Source of the DNA: Bacillota bacterium
GTDB lineage: Bacteria > Bacillota_I > Bacilli_A > RF39 > UBA660
DNA length: 64,000 nucleotides
Direction of reading: 5' to 3'
NCBI GenBank assembly: GCA_015059435.1
Contig: SVAJ01000001.1
Coordinates: 479,132 to 543,131, forward strand
This document shows positions 9,497-15,404 of the stretch, one piece after another. A program made the position numbers and the translations under genes. Every line of letters begins with the position of its first letter. Within the stretch, counting starts at the first letter, position 1. The notes beneath the pieces were generated by a model. That model searched no databases, was not told where the DNA came from, and saw nothing but the letters and a program-made list of their open reading frames with translations.

Positions 9497-10339
9497 TTAT
9501 ATTAATATATCAACTATTATTCCTAGTATAATTCCTGTGAAATAAATAATTGATGTGATCATAATATTTTCTTTCATGTTTTTGTTTGTTTTAAATAATA
9601 ATAAGATACCTAAACCGCTTCCAGTAAGTAGGCCAGCAAGCATCATACCAACACTTATCATATTTGATAAATATAACTCTGTTATTATAACACTACCTGC
9701 ACAATTAGGAATTAGTCCTACTAGGCTTGCTAAAAAGTAAGTAAAAATGTTCTTATGTAATAGTAAGTTAGAAACATTTTCTTCTCCTATTTTAAATATT
9801 ATTATATTTATTAATACGTTTGCAATTAAGATAAATAGAGTTATATTTAGAGTATGTATAATACTTGAAGTAATTATATTATGTTTATTACAACTACAAT
9901 GATCATGTTCACATACATCATGTATTTGTGATTCTGTAATCTTTTGATTTTTTCTAAATATTAAATCAATTGTGAAACCAACTATTATACCAGCAATTAT
10001 TTTAAAAATAATAATTCTAAGTAGAATTGTTATATCTACTCTTTCGCTTAGCATAATTGGTAGCATTTCATCACTAGTAGATAAAAACACTGCAATTAGA
10101 GTACCCATTGTTATTACTCTTGCTGAAAATAAGTTTGAAGCCATAGAACTAAATCCACATTGTGGTAAAGCTCCTAATAATCCACCTACGATAGGTCCAT
10201 ATTTTTGATTTTCTGAAAGAGCTTTTTGATTTTTCTTAGTCAGTTTATGTTCTATAAATTCTAAAACTATAAACGTAATTAATAAATATGGTATTAGTTT
10301 AATTGTATCTATTAAAGCATCTTGTAAACAATCTAACAT
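9497..10339 (-). CDS. polytopic membrane permease with His/Cys-rich loop (possibly DUF318/ArsP-like metal(loid) transporter)
   Basis: 280 aa, multi-TM, with the loop HDVCEHDHCSCNKHN. It lies 31 nt downstream of the Fur-family gene. Confidence 0.35.
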   Translation of the reverse strand: MLDCLQDALIDTIKLIPYLLITFIVLEFIEHKLTKKNQKALSENQKYGPIVGGLLGALPQCGFSSMASNLFSARVITMGTLIAVFLSTSDEMLPIMLSERVDITILLRIIIFKIIAGIIVGFTIDLIFRKNQKITESQIHDVCEHDHCSCNKHNIITSSIIHTLNITLFILIANVLINIIIFKIGEENVSNLLLHKNIFTYFLASLVGLIPNCAGSVIITELYLSNMISVGMMLAGLLTGSGLGILLLFKTNKNMKENIMITSIIYFTGIILGIIVDILI

Positions 10340-10370
10340 ACTATCACCTTCATTCGATTATTTAATTTAT

Positions 10371-10775
10371 TCACTGTTGTCCTCCTTTTATACATTTTTG
10401 ACATAATCCATTAATAATTACACGTTCTTTATTAGGCTTAAAACTGTGTTCATTAAAAATATGATTAAATAATTCACTAATACAATCACAATCAACATGG
10501 TCTAAGTTTCCACACAACTCACATTTTAAATAGAAATGATTTGTTTTATCACATTCTTTTAAATATTCATAATAAGTTATATTATCCTTAGCTATATATT
10601 TATTTAGCCTGTTAGATTCAACTAATTTATCGATAAAACGATAAATTGTAGTTAAACCAACTTCAGAATTTAGCTCATTATAAATATCTTTTACTGTGAA
10701 TGCTTTTTTTTGATTCTTAATTATATTTAATATTAAATCTTTTTGTTTAGTATTGTATGATTCTAATCTATTCAT
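10371..10775 (-). CDS. Fur-family metalloregulator (Zur/PerR/Fur-like)
   Basis: 134 aa. N-terminal winged-helix region and two CxxC pairs (CELC, CQKC) forming the structural Zn site typical of Fur-family proteins. Confidence 0.75.
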   Translation of the reverse strand: MNRLESYNTKQKDLILNIIKNQKKAFTVKDIYNELNSEVGLTTIYRFIDKLVESNRLNKYIAKDNITYYEYLKECDKTNHFYLKCELCGNLDHVDCDCISELFNHIFNEHSFKPNKERVIINGLCQKCIKGGQQ

Positions 10776-10790
10776 ATTAACCCTCTAAAT

Positions 10791-10805
10791 TGAAAATGAT
10801 TTTCA
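10791..10805. promoter_or_regulatory. Fur-box-like 7-1-7 palindrome TGAAAAT-G-ATTTTCA in the promoter of the Fur-family gene
   Basis: Perfect inverted repeat 16 to 30 nt upstream of the ATG. It has the same architecture as Fur/PerR/Zur boxes (TGATAATnATTATCA). Confidence 0.5.
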
Positions 10806-10841
10806 TATTCGATTATATATCCTTTTTTATATAATTGCAAG

Positions 10842-10870
10842 AAAAAAAGATTATTTATCCAATAATCTTT
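10842..10870 (-). terminator. intrinsic terminator after the DUF1810 gene (AAAGATTAT-ttatcca-ATAATCTTT plus T-run)
   Basis: 9-bp perfect stem flanked by an A-run and T-run. Confidence 0.6.
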
Positions 10871-10880
10871 CTTAGTACTT

Positions 10881-11312
10881 TTATCTGACTCTATAATATC
10901 TATTTTCAAGTAAATCTAATGTCTTCTTATCTTCTTCTCCATCATAAAACTTATCAAGTATTTGCTTAAAAATCTTAGTATCTGGATCTACATAATTAAA
11001 TAATGTCATTGAAGATTGTAGTTTTAAATTATCAGGGTATTTTAAAATATTAGATATTTTTCCATCTTTTTTATATAACTCTTCCGATATTTCAATTAGA
11101 TGTTTTTTTAAATATTCATTCTCTAAATACGCCTGTGCTTCTTCTATTCCATCTATACCGAAAAACTCAGTAAATCCACTCATACCTAGTCCTTTTAATT
11201 GTGGAAATATATACCACATCCAATGTGAACGTTTTTTACCTTTTTTTATTTCTTCTAAAGCAATAGGGTATGCTTGTTCTTGTGCATTAATAAATCTTTC
11301 TAAATTATACAT
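10881..11312 (-). CDS. DUF1810-family protein
   Basis: 143 aa. The N-terminus LERFINAQEQAYPIALEEIKKGKKRSHWMWYIFPQLKGLGMS matches the DUF1810 signature. Confidence 0.6.
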   Translation of the reverse strand: MYNLERFINAQEQAYPIALEEIKKGKKRSHWMWYIFPQLKGLGMSGFTEFFGIDGIEEAQAYLENEYLKKHLIEISEELYKKDGKISNILKYPDNLKLQSSMTLFNYVDPDTKIFKQILDKFYDGEEDKKTLDLLENRYYRVR

Positions 11313-11439
11313 AGCTCTTATTCCTATCTAAATAATTATTTATATAAATTATATCATAGTTTTTTATTTCATTTCTATTATATAGACTTTTTTACAAATG
11401 TACCTTTACATATATTTATATAATTAATCTATTCTTTTG

Positions 11440-12108
11440 TTAAATTTTCACAGGTGGTTTATTTTCGGGAATTTGTGAATATGTACTTTCTAAAAGCTTT
11501 TCTCGGCTCATTTTTGTATAATATACATTTCTTGTATTTCTACCATCTTTATTAAACATATTTATAAAGTTTTCTTTTTGCTCCCTACTCATATCATCAT
11601 TTTCATTATTTAAATCTATTTCAGTCACTTTATCAAATCCTAGAATTTCGTGAACAGCAGTAATATTTTTATTAAAAAATATTGGTGAAACAGCAAATAA
11701 TGTTTGAATAGTAATATCTTCTAAACATATGCTTTGAAGTTTTGATAGAAAATCTTCTAATTGTTCTTTATAAAAATCATAAAAGGCTTCATCACCTAAT
11801 TTATTCTTTAACGGCCTTAAATTCTTTGGTATAAGATGCATATGTAATGTGTTTCCAGTTCTCCCATAACTAAACATTTGATTAACAGGTGTAAATTTGG
11901 TAGATGAGTTTTCTTGTTCTGTTTGTTCTTTAATTTTATTTTTTATAAATTGCTCTATATTTTGTTCTGTTATATTTAATTTCTTTAATGTTAATTTTAA
12001 ATCTTCTTCGTTCATTTTTTCAATAGATACTAATATGTGATTAATAGCAGATTCATTATTTGAGGTTTTTATATTCATCAGTATTCTTTTTATATTTTCT
12101 TTTAACAT
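11440..12108 (-). CDS. hypothetical cytoplasmic protein (orphan)
   Basis: 222 aa with no recognisable domain. It has its own promoter and lies downstream of direct-repeat unit U1. Confidence 0.4.
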   Translation of the reverse strand: MLKENIKRILMNIKTSNNESAINHILVSIEKMNEEDLKLTLKKLNITEQNIEQFIKNKIKEQTEQENSSTKFTPVNQMFSYGRTGNTLHMHLIPKNLRPLKNKLGDEAFYDFYKEQLEDFLSKLQSICLEDITIQTLFAVSPIFFNKNITAVHEILGFDKVTEIDLNNENDDMSREQKENFINMFNKDGRNTRNVYYTKMSREKLLESTYSQIPENKPPVKI

Positions 12109-12153
12109 ATCAATTCACCTTATATTTATTATATCATACTTTCTTAAAGCACA

Positions 12154-12180
12154 AAAAAAGATCTTTGTTGGTCTTTTTCA
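12154..12180 (-). terminator. intrinsic terminator hairpin (AAAGATC/GGTCTTT) with flanking A/T runs
   Basis: Read directly from the sequence. It immediately follows direct-repeat unit U1. Confidence 0.5.
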
Positions 12181-12182
12181 AG

Positions 12183-12202
12183 GTGTCTAAAAGGTATTTA
12201 AT
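12183..12202. repeat. tandem direct repeat U1: GTGTCTAAA-ag-GTATTTAAT (11-bp period)
   Basis: A degenerate copy of the GTATCTAAA x2 motif, 5 nt after the stop codon of gene 12208..12855. Confidence 0.55.
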
Positions 12203-12207
12203 AATAA

Positions 12208-12855
12208 CTATTTTAAAGATTCTATAAAATTATTTATTTCTTCATTGCTATTAAAATGGAAAGCATAACCTTTCTGATTATATCCGACTAGTAATATATC
12301 ATCACCGTTTGCATAATTTAGTGAAAATACACTTTGACTATATACTTGACTTTGATCATTACTATTAACACTTATGTAATATGTAATTGATTTTGGAGGG
12401 CATCCAAACCAAGAATAAGTTATATCCTTATCAATGTATTTTGCTGTTTTTAATTTACTAATAATAGTATCAATTGTATTGTTTGATACCTCGGTATTTT
12501 TTTGTTCTGTCTCGGGTGGTTTATTTGTATTTGTGGTTTTAATTTCACATCTACTTACAAATGTTGTTATACCATCTTTTTGGACCGACGAGTGTAATAA
12601 GCTAGATAACTCCTCGAAATCAAAATCAGGATTTATACTATTATCTGTTGGTTTATTTTCTTCTATTGTTTCTGTATTTTTATCATTATTATCTTCTTTT
12701 AGTTTATTGTTTTCTGCTTGTTTATCAGCGTTGTTATTGCTTATATGTTTGTCATAACAAATGTATCCACTTAATGCTACTGCTAATGTCAATAAAATTA
12801 CAGCTGCAATAACTAGCCTTTTGTTTTCTTTGTTATTTTCTTCCATCTTCATCAA
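12208..12855 (-). CDS. hypothetical membrane-anchored protein (N-terminal TM, Asn/Lys-rich linker, extracytoplasmic domain)
   Basis: 215 aa. TM segment LVIAAVILLTLAVALSGYI, with no recognisable domain. Confidence 0.4.
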   Translation of the reverse strand: MMKMEENNKENKRLVIAAVILLTLAVALSGYICYDKHISNNNADKQAENNKLKEDNNDKNTETIEENKPTDNSINPDFDFEELSSLLHSSVQKDGITTFVSRCEIKTTNTNKPPETEQKNTEVSNNTIDTIISKLKTAKYIDKDITYSWFGCPPKSITYYISVNSNDQSQVYSQSVFSLNYANGDDILLVGYNQKGYAFHFNSNEEINNFIESLK

Positions 12856-12888
12856 CCCTTTCTTTTATATTTTAATTATAACATTTTT

Positions 12889-12922
12889 TTGATAGAAAAA
12901 AAGACCTTTAACGGTCCTTTTC
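12889..12922 (-). terminator. intrinsic terminator (AAAGGACC-gttaaa-GGTCTTTTTTT on the minus strand)
   Basis: Stem with one G-U pair plus a 7-U run. Its T-run overlaps the extended -10 promoter (TGTTATAAT) of gene 12208..12855. Confidence 0.55.
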
Positions 12923-12925
12923 AAT

Positions 12926-12945
12926 GTATCTAAAGGGTATCTAAT
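12926..12945. repeat. tandem direct repeat U2: GTATCTAAA-gg-GTATCTAAT
   Basis: Lies between the stop codon of gene 13020..13826 and a terminator hairpin. Confidence 0.6.
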
Positions 12946-13019
12946 TTATTCAGAAAGTAGCTGGATTTCTCCAACTTTACCTCATCGTAATATCAAAATA
13001 TTCCGATCATTTAAAATAT

Positions 13020-13826
13020 CTATACCCTAGGTTTTATTAATGGATATTTCCTTTTTATATAACCTTTTGTATTACTTATTTTATCTTCTTGGATTTTTAA
13101 TTGTTGTTTTTTTTCTTCTCTTATCTCTTGTCTGAAATCGTATCTAGATGTTAAGTACCAGTCTTCAAAGTCCCAAAATTTAGCGGTACTATACATTTTC
13201 ATAAATGCATAAACTCTCATGTGAGCAGGTAGTGAGAAAAGTTTTTTCTTAGTACTATTACTAAGATTATCTTTCATTAATAAAACATAGTCATCAAATG
13301 ATTTCTTAAATTCTTCAATTACTTCTCCTGAACATCTTTCTATAAATGTATTAAATAATTTTTCTTGATATTCATGATTATCTTGTTTAGTTTCTGTAAA
13401 GCTTTCATTTTTTAGTTCTTCCAATTTAGAATCGATTGTATCAAAATTATAGAATTGTTTAAGTAGTTTATCAGAATCATCAACATGATGATCCCATTTC
13501 CAATCCCATTCACAATTTTCAATTGTTTCATATAATTCAGTTTGAAATTCTTTTTTTCCTTTATTATCCAAACTCTGATAAAATTCTTTAAGTTTGTTAA
13601 TCTGGATAGTTTTAATAGACATTAATTTAAGAATGCTAAACCATCTTCTATAATCGTTTCTTAAATCTATATTCAAAAATTGATACTCTTTGTTAGTTTC
13701 TATTAATTCATTAATATAATCGATTCTTTCCTCCAATGATATGTTATTAAAGCTTTCTATATATTCATTAATAATTCTATCTTTATATTCTTCAATTCTT
13801 TTTCTTAATTCTTCTTTACTTCCCAT
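13020..13826 (-). CDS. hypothetical cytoplasmic protein (orphan, helical, Glu/Lys-rich)
   Basis: 268 aa. No TM segment and no recognisable motif. Confidence 0.4.
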   Translation of the reverse strand: MGSKEELRKRIEEYKDRIINEYIESFNNISLEERIDYINELIETNKEYQFLNIDLRNDYRRWFSILKLMSIKTIQINKLKEFYQSLDNKGKKEFQTELYETIENCEWDWKWDHHVDDSDKLLKQFYNFDTIDSKLEELKNESFTETKQDNHEYQEKLFNTFIERCSGEVIEEFKKSFDDYVLLMKDNLSNSTKKKLFSLPAHMRVYAFMKMYSTAKFWDFEDWYLTSRYDFRQEIREEKKQQLKIQEDKISNTKGYIKRKYPLIKPRV

Positions 13827-13902
13827 ATTAGTTCTCCTGTTGGTTAATTATTATAGACTTTTATCATAAAAAAAGCAATAGTTCATAATATTATTTATTT
13901 TA

Positions 13903-13940
13903 CGAAAAAAAGGACTATTCAATTTTAAAATAGTCTTTTA
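13903..13940 (-). terminator. intrinsic terminator (AAGACTATT-ttaaaattg-AATAGTCC plus T7 on the minus strand)
   Basis: Read directly from the sequence. Confidence 0.55.
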
Positions 13941-13955
13941 AATTCAAATTTCAGG

Positions 13956-13975
13956 GTATCTAAAACGTATCTAAA
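13956..13975. repeat. tandem direct repeat U3: GTATCTAAA-ac-GTATCTAAA (perfect), abutting the stop codon of the methyltransferase gene
   Basis: Two identical 9-mers at 11-bp period, with 0 nt between the motif and the TAA. Confidence 0.65.
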
Positions 13976-14611
13976 TTATTTCGTTTTTCTAGCCTTAATT
14001 AGACTATAATCATCTTTATCAACATTGCTCGAAGTTATTTCTTGAAAGCCAACCCTTTTTAATACTTCTATTTCATGTTCAACAGTAAGTGGTGTATCTA
14101 TATGTCTATGATTTTCTATATTGTTTTCTAGTTCATATAATTGGCCATCTTCTATTTCTTGTGATAAAGCTATTTTGTCACAATTTATGAACTGGCCATT
14201 TTCTTTTAAACAATCATATACCTTTTTATATAGTTTGATTTTTTCTTCTAGTTTGAAATGATGAAGAGCTGATGTAGATATAACTGCATCATAATTATCT
14301 CCAAATTCTACTTCAAAGAAATCACCACATATAGTAGTTACATAATCTGCAAAACTTCTTTTATTTAATTCTTCAAGCATATTTTCGGTAATATCTATGA
14401 CTGTTACCTCAGCACTTGGGAATAATTCAAATACATGAATTAATTCTAGTCCTGTCCCTGCACCCAAGTCTAATATTTTTTTAGTTTCTTTATCTAGGCT
14501 ATCTCCTAATGTCTTTTTGGTTTCCATGTATGTACTATGGACATCATCATAAGAATCTATCTTTTCATTAAAGAATGTTCTTTGCTTTTGATTTCTTTCA
14601 TATAAATTCAT
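13976..14611 (-). CDS. class I SAM-dependent methyltransferase
   Basis: 211 aa. Motif I ILDLGAGTGLE with acidic loop VIDITE. Its start overlaps the TetR gene by 4 nt. Confidence 0.7.
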   Translation of the reverse strand: MNLYERNQKQRTFFNEKIDSYDDVHSTYMETKKTLGDSLDKETKKILDLGAGTGLELIHVFELFPSAEVTVIDITENMLEELNKRSFADYVTTICGDFFEVEFGDNYDAVISTSALHHFKLEEKIKLYKKVYDCLKENGQFINCDKIALSQEIEDGQLYELENNIENHRHIDTPLTVEHEIEVLKRVGFQEITSSNVDKDDYSLIKARKTK

Positions 14612-14613
14612 AA

Positions 14614-15177
14614 TTATATCCCCCTTAAATTAATTTCTATGTTATTTCTGATTAAATCTTTGATTTCTTTATCAGTTAATTTAATACTATTTACACATAA
14701 CTGTGTTGCAATACCATGAGTATAAAATCTTACTTCACGATATACCTTTTTTGCATCTTCTAAAGATATTTTATATTGTTTTACCATTGCATTAATAGTT
14801 TCCATGTTTCTATCAGTATTTAATACTTCGCTTACTGTTCTAGAACCAGCAAGATCTGCCATAAATAATGAAAAGAATACATTTGGTTCTTTTTTTGCAT
14901 AAAAAGCATATGCATAACTTATTGTATATAAATAATCTTTTATATCTATATACTTACGAATAAATGATGAGTAATCTTTCCTTAAATAGAATTTAAGATC
15001 TTCTTTATACATATCAAAGTTTTCATAGTTTTTAAATATTGGCTGTGTTGAACATCCTATATATTTAGCAAGTTCTCTAACTGTTAGATTAGAGTAACCT
15101 TTTTCCTTTATAAATTCAACACTCTTTTCCAATATATCTTCTTTAGAAAACTTAATAGTTCTCGCCATAAACATCAC
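14614..15177 (-). CDS. TetR/AcrR-family transcriptional regulator
   Basis: 187 aa. N-terminal HTH (GYSNLTVRELAKYIGCSTQPIFKNYENFD). Confidence 0.75.
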   Translation of the reverse strand: MMFMARTIKFSKEDILEKSVEFIKEKGYSNLTVRELAKYIGCSTQPIFKNYENFDMYKEDLKFYLRKDYSSFIRKYIDIKDYLYTISYAYAFYAKKEPNVFFSLFMADLAGSRTVSEVLNTDRNMETINAMVKQYKISLEDAKKVYREVRFYTHGIATQLCVNSIKLTDKEIKDLIRNNIEINLRGI

Positions 15178-15191
15178 CTCACATATGTATA

Positions 15192-15209
15192 AAATAACAT
15201 TTGTTATTT
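15192..15209. promoter_or_regulatory. TetR operator candidate O1: AAATAACA-tt-TGTTATTT, overlapping the predicted TSS/-10 (TATATT at 15218..15213)
   Basis: 8-bp perfect inverted repeat. A -35 TTGACA sits at 15241..15236 with a 17-bp spacer. Confidence 0.5.
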
Positions 15210-15246
15210 AATAATATACACTACTTAATAAAATTTGTCAATATAA

Positions 15247-15266
15247 AAAATAACATTTGTTATTTT
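15247..15266. promoter_or_regulatory. TetR operator candidate O2: AAAATAACA-tt-TGTTATTTT, just upstream of the -35
   Basis: A second copy of the same palindrome, centred 58 bp from O1. Confidence 0.5.
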
Positions 15267-15303
15267 ATTTTTAATGATTTAATATGTTTTTTAAGAAAAA
15301 AAC

Positions 15304-15323
15304 GTATCTAAAACGTATCTAAA
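15304..15323. repeat. tandem direct repeat U4: GTATCTAAA-ac-GTATCTAAA (perfect), 81 nt after the secA stop and flanked by A/T runs
   Basis: Identical to U3. It lies upstream of the TetR/methyltransferase operon promoter. Confidence 0.65.
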
Positions 15324-15404
15324 GTGCTTTTTTTGATAAAAATCACTTAAAATGTGGAACAAAGAAAAATCTCGCAATCCCTTTATTTATAAGGGAAAAC
15401 GAGA

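Noticed and set aside
12434-12757. Plus-strand ORFs antisense to annotated genes, such as 12434..12757, 54281..54637, 57301..57639 and 57691..57957, and many 60 to 130 aa ORFs in the track.
   Set aside because: They lie entirely inside well-supported minus-strand genes and have Leu/Phe/Ile-rich low-complexity translations, as expected from AT-rich antisense frames. They have no RBS.
12183-15323. Considered the GTATCTAAA direct repeats as binding sites for the LytTR (AgrA-like) regulator encoded in the window.
   Set aside because: LytTR sites are 9-bp repeats separated by about 12 bp, a period of about 21. Here the period is 11 and the sequence is unrelated to known LytTR boxes.
12153-15325. 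Considered the motif-plus-hairpin units as integron attC sites delimiting gene cassettes.
   Set aside because: The hairpins are short, 7 to 9 bp, with T-runs, which is the intrinsic-terminator form. No RYYYAAC/GTTRRRY core sites are present. Each gene has its own promoter. No intI-like integrase is in the window.
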